DNA of 64,000 bases from the human T2T-CHM13v2.0 reference genome, Homo sapiens, in NCBI RefSeq assembly GCF_009914755.1, contig NC_060939.1, one strand, 5' to 3'. A program made the position numbers and the translations under genes. The notes under the pieces are model-generated. The model worked only from the letters and a program-made list of their open reading frames with translations, made no database searches and was not told where the DNA came from. Positions within the stretch are counted from its first letter, which is position 1. Each line of letters begins with the position of its first letter. Positions 1 through 12,205 of the stretch are shown here, in pieces.

Positions 1-1992
1 GATTAAAAGGCCAGTGAGCACAGTGAGCTTAATTGTAAATTAAATGGATATTTAATACATTAAGAAGGCACTCAAGCCTTTCAATCTTTCATTTTCATCC
101 ATGCTTGCTATTTGAATCTGATGGGCTTGATATTGACCTTGTTCTTCTTGTAAAAATGTTGGTTATTGCTGCCTTTCTCAAGCTTGGTTTTCAGTGTGGA
201 TTTCTGCAGATAATTTTTGCACCTAAAAGTACAAAGTCATTAAGTGAAGGCAGTCAGGAAGGAAAGAGTGCCCTGAGCCAGGAGGTCTGTTACAGCACAT
301 GGGGTGGGCAAGAAAATGAATGGACATGGGCATGGAGGTGGTTCAGTCAGTGTGGGAAGGCCACCTGCTTGTCAGCTTTCTACTGCGTTGTCCAGCAGAA
401 CACGTTGAAGCTTGGGGCCTGCAACTCGTGTAGAGATGATTGCATTTAGGAGGCTGAGGTAGATTTTTTCCCTCTTAAGTGTGTGCTCACTGCTTTTTGG
501 CGAAGTCTTGACCCGAGACATACACAGCTTGATCTGTGAGGATTTTAACATCGAGATGGTTCTGTTATTTGAGTTAGGCATGGCTAGGCTACCAAGGCAT
601 TGCTTTTCAGTCCAAACATTTGGTCATTTCAATTTATTGTTAGTGAGGTTTTTGCGATTTGTTAGAACACAGAGTTTGGGATTTTGTCTGTTTTTTGCAT
701 GTGTGAACGACACTTGATATTGTTGTTTATATTGCTGGTTAGTATGTGCCTTCATTTACCTATTGTGAGTAAGAAACTTCCTCAGATCAAATTATAGTGA
801 AGTCGCTTGGTTCTGTTTCTCTGACTCTTAAGAGGATGAGATCACTTTATACACAAACTCAAGCTGTTTGGTAAAGGACCTACCATTCTGAGCATTCATA
901 GCCTAGATGAAGTCCTGGTCCAATCACCAAGTTAAACTTTTAAAAAACATGCTGTTCTTAATGTTCAGGAATTCAACCCTGGAAGCCTTCTCTAAATCTT
1001 AATGAGAGTTTTATGAGAATTCATTTAGTGAAAATATCTATCAGGGAATCCGGCTATTAACTTTGAGGAGGGTCATGCCTTTTAGTGGTTAGAGAGGCAA
1101 GCTGTAGCCTCCCTTCTCAGAGAAGGGGAATTGAGGAAGAGGGTTCTAGTGGTCCCTTGCAATCCTCCCCTCACTTTCCAGGTTCCCTAGTAAGACCGGA
1201 AGAAGTCCCTGAGTAAACAGCATTTTGTGAGTTTGAGGGACTATGTAAAAATGTAAGTGAACATACAATGGTTTTGCTTTGATAACTGTTTTAAATATCC
1301 TGTTGGTTGTTGAAACTTCTGTGACGGTGAAGCCTTTTTTGTCTTTATTTTTCAATCGGAAGATCTTTCTTCCCCACTTGAAAAGATTGAGTCTGGGGTC
1401 AATCCCTGACCCCGCTTCCTTCCTAAATCTCTTAGTGTATAGCATACAGCTGGGCATATGGTAATCTCAGGCACGGGATTGTACTCATAGAGCTATGCTT
1501 GACACCTAGGTCTTTAGATGGCTTCTATATTTTTGATGACAACTTTTAATTTTATTCTCATTTATTCCATTTCTGTTTCAGTGTCCTGGGTCATGAAACT
1601 TAATCCACAACAAGCTCCCTTATATGCGAGTAAATCATACGATTTCTTTTCATTTTGTATTTATTTGTTCTGTTTACTTGTTATAATAAGCCACACTCTC
1701 ACATGATAGATCCTCAAGGAAAATTTTAACCATATGTGCATGAATATATTGGTGTAAGACACTTCAGAAATTGAGTTTGATTTAGTAAGTACTAAATGGC
1801 TAATCTGTGCATGGAACTGAAAACAAATAATACCTGTAAGACTTGAGAGTTAATTTAGTCAGGGCGATAGTATGCACGTATGAAACAAATTGTCCTGCCA
1901 AACAGTACTGTAGCTTCTTATTTTTTACCTGCAGTGCATTCCTGTAAAAGTAGTGTGGAGATCCTCCTACTGCCACTGTGATTTACGTTATG

Positions 1993-2011
1993 TTGCCACT
2001 AGGTGGCACTA
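1993..2011 (+). promoter_or_regulatory. Candidate CTCF binding site
   Basis: TTGCCACTAGGTGGCACTA matches the CTCF core CCASYAGRKGGCRS at every position; lies in non-repeat sequence. Confidence 0.6.
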
Positions 2012-2850
2012 TGTCATTGGCAAGAGTGCTGTGTTCTTTAGGACTCTGGGTGAAAGCTGATATATCATCTCCCTGAAGTGAGGGACTTTGAAGATAAAAT
2101 TGATAAATGATTGAATCAAGGCTGGAAAAGGTAGGCTGTAGGCGACTATTCTTCATTATTGTAAGAGTGAATTAATTGAATTTGGGTGGTGAAAAGTACC
2201 CGTTTGATGAGAAGCCAGCTTAGGGTTGTGGATGGTTAGAGCTGTGAGAGGCCAGTAGATGCTGGGTTGCTATGCTCTGGAGAGGGTGAGAAAATATATT
2301 TGTAATAGGACTTGATTCCAGCCTTCAAGAATATGGATCATTTATTTGGACAAAACGTCCCCAGAATTAGTTGAAGACAAAAGGCAAATGGTCAGGAATG
2401 GGAGGCAGTGAACATAGTGTTGGATGAATAGTGGGGGGATGGTCAGTGGAAACTCTGGCCCACCCAAGTTTGTGTCAGGTAATAATGGGAGATAAGCCTG
2501 AAAAGGTGGATAAAGCTCAATTGTGAAGGAAGACAAAGGTGTGAGGATTTGGTTTTGTGACCACCGAGGAGCCATTGATGGTGTTTAATTTAAGGATGCT
2601 TTTCCTTTTATGCGTTTGTACATAAAAACATAAATGTACTTAACCATTCTGTATTAATAATAGTCATTTACCTTTCCAACATAAAATGTTCATGTAACTT
2701 CTGCATAGCTGATTTTTACGTTAAATGTAACATGTAAAGAAATATATGTGTGTTTTTAGAAGACGTCTTATGTGCTCATTTTCTTTCTAGATTACTTGGA
2801 GATAATTTATGTTTACCAGTGGTTTTGCATGTGAACTGGGTACCTTGGGT

Positions 2851-3025
2851 TATTTATTATTATTATTATTATTATTTAGAAAACGGGTCTCGCACTGTCA
2901 TCCTTGTTGGAGTGCAGTGGAGCGATCATAGCTCGCTGCAGCCTTGAAGTCCTGGGCTCTAAGCAGTCCTGCTTCAGCCTCCCGAGTAACTGGGAGTACA
3001 GGCGCATGCCACCATGCCGAGCTAA
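2851..3025 (-). mobile_element. Alu monomer (FRAM/AluJ right arm) with (TTA)n tail
   Basis: GGAGTGCAGTGG..GCAGCCTTGAA..CCTGCTTCAGCCTCCCGAGTAACTGGGA; tail decayed to (TTA)n. Confidence 0.8.
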
Positions 3026-3029
3026 ATCC

Positions 3030-5362
3030 TCCCTTTTAAAGTGTGTGATTCTTTGGTTTTTCGTGTGTATACAGTTTTGTAATTGCCATTGTCTGACCAG
3101 AACATTTTCATCACCCCCCAAAAAAAGTGCCATATCCATTAGCAGTCACTCACCATTCCCTGCTCCTCTCAGGCTGTGGCAACCACTTGTATACTTCCTG
3201 TCTTTATTGATATACCTATTCTGGAAAGTTCATATATATGTATGATATATATGATGTATATATGATGTATATATGATGTATGTGGTATATATATGATAGA
3301 TATCATATGATATCATATATATCATGATATATATATCATATGATATCATATATATCATGATATATATATCATATGATATCATATATATCATATGATATAT
3401 ATCATATGATATCATATATAATATATCTATCATATCTATCATATATATCTACCATATGATATCATATATCTCATGATATCATATATCTCATGATATATAT
3501 CATATATATCTCATATATCATATGATATATGATATATAATTTTTGTAAATATATATGATATATCATATATATTTGATATATATGATATATATGAAAAATA
3601 TATATCATATATGATATATAATTTTATATATTTATATATAGAAATTTATATATATAAAGTTATATATAATATATAATTATATATATATAAAAGTTCATGT
3701 ATATATAAAATCATGCAATACACGGCCTTTTGTGACTGGCTTCTTTAATTTAGCATAGTGTTTTCAAGATTCACTCATGTTAGAACATGAATCAGTACCT
3801 TGTTCTTTTTATTAATGAATGACAGTCCAATGACTGGTTACATCACATTTTACTTATCCATTCACCAGTTGATGGGCAGTTGAGTTGTTTCCACTTTTGG
3901 TCTATTATGCATAATGCTGCTGTGAACAGCAAGTTCTGGTGAAGACATATGTTTTCATTTCTCTTGGGTATATACCTAAGAGTAGAATTGCTTGGGTGTA
4001 TGATAACTGTGTTTAACATTTTGAGAAATTGGAAAACTGTTTTCCACAGTGGCTGCACCGTTTTACATTCCTACCAGCAGTGTATAAGGACTTCAGTGTT
4101 TCCATGTGCTTGCCAACACATGTTATCTGACTTTCTGATCTATAGCCACCCTAATGGGCGTGAAGTGATACCTCATTGTGGTTTTGATTGCATTTCCCAA
4201 ATGGCAAATGATTTTGAGCATCTTTTTATGTGCTTATTGGCCGTTTTTCCGTATCTTTGGAGAAATGCCTATTCACATCCTTTGCCTGTTTTTAAATTGG
4301 GTTGTCTTATTGAACTGTAAGGGTTCTTTGCATATTCTGACTACAGGTCCCTTATCAGATACATGATTTGCAAAAATTATCTCTCATTCTGTGGGTTGTC
4401 ATTTCACTTCCTTGATGCTATCCTTTCAAGCAAAATTTTCAGTTTTGATAATGTTCTGTTGTTGATTTTTTTTTGGCATCATATCTAAGAACAATTCTTT
4501 GCCTAACCCAGAGTCACAGAGATTTACTCCTATGTTTTCTTCTAGAAATTTTATAGGTTTAGCTCTTACATTTAGGTATGTAATGTGAGAGTTCATTTTT
4601 GTGTGTTTTGTAAGGGAAGAGTCCAACTTTTTTCTTTTGCATGTGGATCTCTAGATGTTCCAGAAGCATTTGTTGAAAAGACTATTCTTTCCCCAATTGA
4701 ATTGTCTTGGGCATCGTTGTTGAAATTGATCATAAATGTGAGGAATTTTTTCTGGATGCTGAATTTGATTCCTTTCATTTAGGTTGTCTTTGATTTCTTT
4801 CAACAGTGTTTTGTAGTGTTCATTGTATAAACTTGGTACTTTCTTGAAATTTGTTGCTTATGATTTTATTCATTTTGATGCGATTGTTAATTTTGTTATC
4901 TTAATTGTTCAGTTTTTGATTGTTCATTGATTATATATAGAAATACTATTGATTTTTGCATACCGGTCTCTGAAACTGTAGCCTTGTTTCAGAGGTCAAT
5001 TATAGACTATAATCTGGCTTGTTTGTTTGGCAACAGCTCTTAAGTGGATGCCTTAGGATTTTCTATGTACAGGATGAAGTAGTTGGAGATCGTTTTCTTC
5101 CTTTCCAATCTGGATGCCTTTTATTTCTTTTTCTTGCCTAATCGCCCTGAGAAGCATCTCTGGTACAACATTGAATGGAAGTGGTGAGCACAAACATCCT
5201 TGTCTTGCTACTGATCTTAAAGAGAAAGCATCCAAGCTTTCCCCATTAAGTATGATGTTGTTAGGTGTGGGTTTTTCACAGGTACCTTTTGTTAGATGAG
5301 GACGTTCCCTTCTATTCCTACTTTGACCATTTTTATGATGAAAACGTGTTGGATTTTGTCAG
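3030..5362 (-). mobile_element. Old L1 (L1M/L1MB-like) 3' ORF2 and 3'UTR fragment, interrupted by an AT-rich repeat
   Basis: Minus-strand fragments resemble L1 ORF2 ([53 protein letters not shown]). Confidence 0.8.
3232..3710. repeat. AT-rich low-complexity/minisatellite with ~33-bp period and internal palindromes
   Basis: Repeated ATATATCATGATATATATATCATATGATATCAT; translates to 11-aa repeat MISYDIYIMIY. Confidence 0.9.
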
Positions 5363-5364
5363 GT

Positions 5365-5636
5365 GATTGAAGATGCTACACTGCTGGCTTAGAACATGGA
5401 GGAAGGAGCCTATGAGCCACAGAATGCAGCTCTAGAAGCTGGAAATAGCAAAAGAACACTTTCTCCACATAGAGACTCTAGAAGGAACACAGCCCTGCTG
5501 GCACTTTGATTTTTAAACAAGTGAAAGTCATTTTGGACTTTTGACTTCCAGAAATGATAACATGATAATAAATTTGTGTTGTCTTAAGCCACTGAGTTTG
5601 TGATAATTTGTTGTTAACAGCAATAGGAAACTAATA
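5365..5636 (+). mobile_element. MaLR LTR fragment (MLT1-like, 3' half)
   Basis: CTCTAGAAGCTGGAAA..GAAGGAACACAGCCCTGC..AATAAATTTGTGTTGTCTTAAGCCACT..CAGCAATAGGAAACTAATA. Confidence 0.75.
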
Positions 5637-6040
5637 GAGTAGTAGTTTGGGGAAATTAGTGATAAAGGATAATTGGGTAGGAGAGGATAAATGTAGTTAG
5701 GTCAGTTTGAGTTCTCTGTGTGTTTCACTGTGTGTGTTTTGTAACATTTTAGTTTTTCCTAAAACCAAAGGATTAATTGACCTTCAAAAGGCAGCTACTT
5801 TTTGATTTTAGTCCGTAACCTTTTATCAAATCAGTATTTTCCCCAAATAGGGTTGACAAGAAGCATTCTAAATTATCTCCTAATAAGTTGTTTTGACTTC
5901 AGATATTGAAATTGCAGGCCCGTCTCCCACCCGTCTCTGTTTTCTCACCTTTTTTGTACGTTTTATAATAAGCCTTACATTGAAGTGTATGTGTCTGTCT
6001 GTCTCTCCCTCCTTCCCCCACCCCCTCCCTCTCCTTCCCC

Positions 6041-6044
<4 letters not shown>

Positions 6045-6080
<36 letters not shown>
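6045..6080. repeat. (TG)18 microsatellite
   Basis: Direct read. Confidence 0.97.
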
Positions 6081-6084
<4 letters not shown>

Positions 6085-7106
6085 TACAAAGAAGTTGTAA
6101 AGGCCTTTTAAAGTAGTTATGATGTGATTTCCCCTCCTTTTAAAAAATAAAATATGTTAAGCATAAGTATTAACATCTTAGAGGGCAGGTAGGTGGAGAC
6201 TTTGACTTTCTACTTTATCTTTGAATCGCTTAAGTGTTTACAGTGAGCGTGTTATTTTTATGGTACATAGTAATTTTTGATGAAAACATTTTGAAGGCTG
6301 AAAAGACTGTCCTGTCTTTTGAAAATAAACCCATCTTTTTGTGCTAATTAACACCGGAGGCCAGCTAAAGCTTTATAATAAAATATTGCATTCAAAATAC
6401 CTATGAAAGTGGCTAGTTGAAGACTATAATTTGCTTTGAAACGTAGCTTGAAATGGAAATACATTTCTAATAATGAAAGGTGTTGCTTTAGTAATAAATG
6501 AAAATAAAATATCCCATTATTATCCCTTCATAGAAAACAAATACAACCCTAAATGACATTTTAATTAACCAGTGATTTTCCTCTAAAGCTGAGATTTGTT
6601 TTTTTAATATGTAGGTAGGATTGGCAAATAGTGTACAGAAATCTGGACATCCTTTGAAGATAATTGTTGGGGTGGAATGGGGGCATAGAGTACTGTTTTA
6701 TTGTGTTCATTTTTATTAATGAAACTGAATTTAGACCAAGCAGTGATTTCAAAGTGGAGGATGGAACAGGATGTTTAGTAGGTTTTGTAGACTGTTTTTG
6801 TAAAAGGCTTTGGTGCAGAACCTTTCATAACATGAAATATTTTTTCAGCATGTCTGTTATTTACTTTTAGAATTCAGAGCAAGGGTTCTTGTTTGAAGAA
6901 CTACAAACCTTTATTGACTCCAGATTTGACTCAGCTCTTTTATATTTTCTTTCTCACTGATAAGGGAAGGTACTTTATAAAGTAGATTTGTCATTAAAAA
7001 AGAAAAAAAGACTACATTTACCTGGTCAGAAGTTCTTTTGGGTTTAAAGAAAAAGATTGCAGCCCAGGTTGCAACAAATGGTCTGACAGTTATAATATGT
7101 TCCACC

Positions 7107-7404
7107 TTTCTTTTTTTTTTTTTTTTTTTGTTTTGAAATAGAGTCTCACTCTTTTGTCCAGGCTGAAGTGCAGTGGCACAATCACAGCTTAGTGCAGCCT
7201 TGACCTCCCAGGCTCAAGTGATCCTTCTACCTCAGCCTCACAAGTAGCACTCACCATCATGGTGGCTAATTTTTTTTTTTTTTTTTTTTTTGGAGAGACG
7301 GTGTCTCCCTATGTTTCCCAGGCTGGTCTCGAACTCCTGGGCTAAGTGATCCTTCTGCCTCCACAAAGTGTTGGGATTACAGGTGTGAGCCACCACGCCT
7401 AGCC
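7107..7404 (-). mobile_element. Alu (AluJ-like)
   Basis: Poly-T, dimeric Alu motifs, expanded middle T-tract. Confidence 0.9.
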
Positions 7405-8319
7405 TCAACAAAAATTGAACTATGTACTGTAGCCACCCTCAACAGTGATAAACTTTTGGCAAATCTTATTTCATTTATACTCCACTTTGGATTATTTTGA
7501 AGCAGATTCCAGACAGATCACTTCATCTGTAAATATTTCTGTTTGTATCTCTTGAAAGTAAAGACTCTTTTAACCATGGATGAGTGTTTTGATCAAATCA
7601 ACATGGCTTGTTCATGTCGATACCATTTGCTCAGAGGGGAAAGATTAAGGGAAAAATGGGGTTGGATTTCAAATGCCAGGACCTGTCTACTGGGTTTGTG
7701 ATTTGTTATTCTCTAAAGTTGTAGCTCTTAAAACAAAGAAAGGAGTGAGTTTGGCCTATTCATTAACTTTTCCTCTTTAGACAGTTCAAATGTTTATTGA
7801 GTTCTTCTACAAGCCAGGCACTGCCTTCTTCTTGCTTACCAAGAAGCATTTTTATGCGGTTTCTCTAATGTTTGGGTGAATGGGACCTCATTAAGTTGTT
7901 TTTCACACAGGTGCGTGCTCGTTCCTGAAGAGCCCTGTCCAGGTGCTCTGCCTGCTTTTCCTTTCAGGCTTCTGTATCAGCTGCTGTTTCCCTATAGAAT
8001 GTGCCCTGAACTCCACCCCTTAACCCTACCCAATTTGTCTTTACATGTCTGACCATCCATGAAGGCTCTTCTGGGTCATATTCAGTTCATGTTGATATTT
8101 CCCCTTCCTCCCCTCTTTAGTCCTTACTATTTTTGCTTTGGTCATGTTGTCTTGTGCTATATTCTGTAAGCCTGTTCAATTTCTTTATGGTGGCAGGGGA
8201 AAATATTTTATAATTATGCTTTGTGCTTTTTATCTTCCACTCAATAAATGCTTGGTAAATATTTGTTTCATTGAGTATATGACACTAGTCTAGCTATATT
8301 GTGCTTGAACAAAAATCTT

Positions 8320-9063
<744 letters not shown>

Positions 9064-9744
9064 TTAACTGCTAAGAATTTGTCAAAAGTGCAGAGATAAC
9101 ATCAAGAGCTTGTCATGGATAGTACAAAAAGGTCTCTAAGGGCTTGATGGAAGTCTGTAAATTGACTTCCTATGAAAGAGAGTGTAAGAAGTGAAAAAAA
9201 GCAAAACAGAGTAGATGTTTTACTCTGTTTGCCAAGGGATTTGTGCTATTTTTTTTTCCTGTTTTATAAATTTGTCCTAATCTTAAATAATGAAGGGAAA
9301 AGAGCACTCTTTTTCAACCTCAAGGAATCCTTTTTATACTTCTTTTCTATGAAGCCATGTTATGAAAGATTGTTATACCAACTTAAGTATAGTTTTTCCA
9401 TCTTCAGTAACAGACGTGATTGCCATCTAGTTACTGGTTCTGATCACCCCAAAATGCAAAGCAGCTTGTTCTAATAACTTATGCAGGCCTATTGGGAGCT
9501 AGTATATGGCTTTGAGTCCTTTTGAAGTATTTAACATAATTTGGCAATTCCATTACTCCTTTTATGGACTTCTTGGCATCTGTGAACTCTTGGTAGGGAA
9601 TCACTGTTTTAGAATGAAAAATATCTCCCAGGAAGTAAATTAGCCAGTAAACAAATGAAACTTCATTTTTTATATGACTTGTAGAGCCTAAATTATTACT
9701 CTTTCTGCATAAGTGGCTGCTTTCTAGGCTGCTTTTAGCGAGAT

Positions 9745-10184
9745 TGTTAGAAACAAATGATCGGTGCTGTGAGGAAGAAGCAGCACTCAGGCAAAAAAGT
9801 TTTCTCAGCAAGACAATTTGCTTCTGCAAGTATGCTGCTTGCATTAGTCATGATTGCAAGAGCACACCAAACGGGGTGGAGCAGGGGTTCTTATCCCTAA
9901 CACAGCCCCTGCCTCTGTGTCATTCCAACATGGGCTGGGGTAGGACTGCACAATCTTAGCTGACTCAGTTGGATATTGTGAATATTTTCTCTAATAAGAA
10001 AGGGAGGGGGAATGTGAGTTACAGGTTGGGACTGGTAGGAAGAGTTGCTTACAAGGCAGGTTACTAAGCAGGTAACTAAGCTGGTAAGTAGGTTCGAGAA
10101 GGTACAGGGAAATTGTTCTTAGGAACAAAGAACAAGGAAGTTGAACAAGTTAAACCTTTGAAGAGGAACTTACTGTACCTAACA
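9745..10184 (-). mobile_element. LTR10-family (LTR10B-like) 3' LTR
   Basis: TGTTAG...CTAACA inverted termini; preceded on - strand by polypurine tract AAGAGGGGGGAAT (10185-10197); AP-1 motif TGACTCA at 9961-9967. Confidence 0.85.
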
Positions 10185-12205
10185 ATTCCCCCCTCTTAAT
10201 TTTTGTAATTCTTCCTCTTCAAACTTTTTTAGCATGTCTTTGCTTTGCTGTTCTGCTTGGTTTTCTAGAAGGAAAAGCTTATCTGAATAGGGTGGAGGAG
10301 AGTTAGGAGAGGTTTTGGTAAGTTCTGTGTCTATGAGTCTTTGCAGTAGTCCACGAATGTATGGTATGATACAGCATCCAACAAGAATAAGCACACTTAT
10401 AACGATTGCAAGAGAAGTAAATATTGAGGACGTTAAGTCTTTCCATTTTCCAGACCATTTCTCCATTAAACTTGTAAAGGGATCATTTATTCCAGAATTG
10501 CTTGCTAACTCATTGGATAAGGAGGTTAGGCCCTGCAAAGCTTTTGTTACTGTTCCGTCAGGGGCTGTGTTATTAGGAATAAAAGTACATCATTGGACTC
10601 CAATCATGACACAGACACCACCTTTTTCTGCTAGCATCGTATCTAGGGCTATCCTGTTTTCCCAGACTATTTGGTTAGTGGGACCTAATTGGTCGGCTGT
10701 TCCCTTAATAGCATGTCTTGTGTAGTTAACAAACCTTTGTTGGTTGTAATAAATGTAGTTTATCCACTCTACATTTTTATTTACAGTTGACCACCAAAAC
10801 AGCACAGATTCAAATCCTGCAGCTGTTTGATTTCGGGCCTTAAATTTATCTGCTACTCCTCGTGGAACTCCAATAGCCCCTATATAAATGTGGGAGTCAA
10901 AGGACCCATGAAGGGCACTTCTTCTCTTATGATTTTCTCTTCTATTATGTTAATGGAATGCTAGGGTGAAAGGGATGGCCAGTTGGACTAGAGCAAAAGT
11001 ACTACTACAGTTACTTGGTGGAGTGTCCAGTAAGGGTCCACCACAATACCACCATACGTATGCTCGAGGATGAACAAGGGCAGACTGACTGGTAAGCTCT
11101 TGGGAACGTTTAAGTTCACCACATCCCTTTAGGTCTCCATGAAATGCCAAGTTTTCCCCTTGTTGTGAGAGACCCGAGGTAAAAATTGGTGTCAGTAGAC
11201 GGAGGCTGGATGGCTCTCAGGGGCTGACCTGCAGGGTGTTGGACTTCAGGGAATAGCAGAGAGAGAACTTGGCAGGATTCATTACCCCAGGCTGTGGGGT
11301 CTTGGAGAAGAGCTACCATACAGCTCATGCCCAGTTGGCTGGAAGACCATCCGAGTGGAAAGGGGACAACCTGGGCCTCTGGCTTACTGTGCACACAAGT
11401 CTAACAATTGCTTTTGTTTAGAGTGCGGACAGAATATTTAATCCATTCTAACCAAGCATTTGCATCTTGGTACCCTGTCTCAATTGCTATGGTTGGTTTC
11501 AAATTTTTAACTTCTACAATGGCTACCTTGATTTTATCCTTGGTTGAAGGAAGAACAGTGGTTTCGTTTGGAGAGAGTGTAGAAGGAGGTGGAGGAGGTG
11601 AGAAAGTAATGAAACACATTTCAAAGGATTCTATAAGATGTGTCCCTGCTATTTTGGCTCCCATGCCGTATAAGCGACTTAAAGTAGGTTTAGGGTTGGC
11701 AGAAGTGGGGATAAGAATAGAAATTTGCACTGGATTACATTGGTTATACTGGCAGTTGGGGGGCGGGGGATGTTTCCTTTAACAAAGCAAACATGGTTTT
11801 AGGGACTTACTGTTGACAAGGTCCAGCCCTGATGTTCAGTTGTCCACATAATATCATTCCAGCTATGGCAGGCCTGTTTCCCTAAATTTCTTAAGGAACA
11901 AGAGTCGTAACGGGGGAGTCTTTTGTCTGAAAGGGGCAGAGATACTTCTCTGAGGCTGAGAGTTGCTTTTGACTTTGGAGATCTCCACAGGGTATAACAA
12001 GGCAAGCATCAAAGGTAATAGTTTGGGGTGAGCTCGACCTAGTTACATTAATAACGAGAGGACTAGCAATAGAAGGGGAAAAGAAATACAGCATAAGAGG
12101 ATCAAGCCCGTTTTAGCTTTAACTTGGTTGGAGTTGGCCCTGAAATAGCTGTCCATGATTCTGGAGTGGGTGGTGCTCTTTTGACTCAGGTATGGTGAGT
12201 CCATT
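10179..12205 (-). pseudogene. env: ERV env (HERV-IP/EnvP(b)-like), disrupted
   Basis: KRR/S cleavage-like site, GVPRGVADKFKARNQTAAGFES, ISD ENRIALDTMLAEKGGVC, CX6CC broken by TGA at 10590-10592, TM helix IFTSLAIVISVLILVGCCII; SU is frameshifted; start position approximate. Confidence 0.88.

Noticed and set aside
3230-3442. Repetitive ORF (MISYDIYIMIY)n
   Set aside because: Translation of the AT-rich minisatellite
7895-7916. Acceptor followed by GTGCGT (recursive-like)
   Set aside because: Weaker tract and donor; expected by chance in 64 kb
9310-9460. ..TCAAG|GAATCC resembling the start of the missing UBE2Q2 ESYP exon
   Set aside because: Similarity ends after about 7 nt and the translation does not match
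10040-10160. p53 response element in LTR10
   Set aside because: Only degenerate half-sites (e.g. GAACAAGTTA); no paired RRRCWWGYYY
10590-10592. TGA in place of Cys in env as possible selenocysteine
   Set aside because: A single TGC/TGT>TGA change in a decayed provirus explains it; no evidence for a SECIS
10315-11782. + strand ORFs of 124-136 aa antisense to env
   Set aside because: Shadow ORFs of the env frame with no independent coding signal
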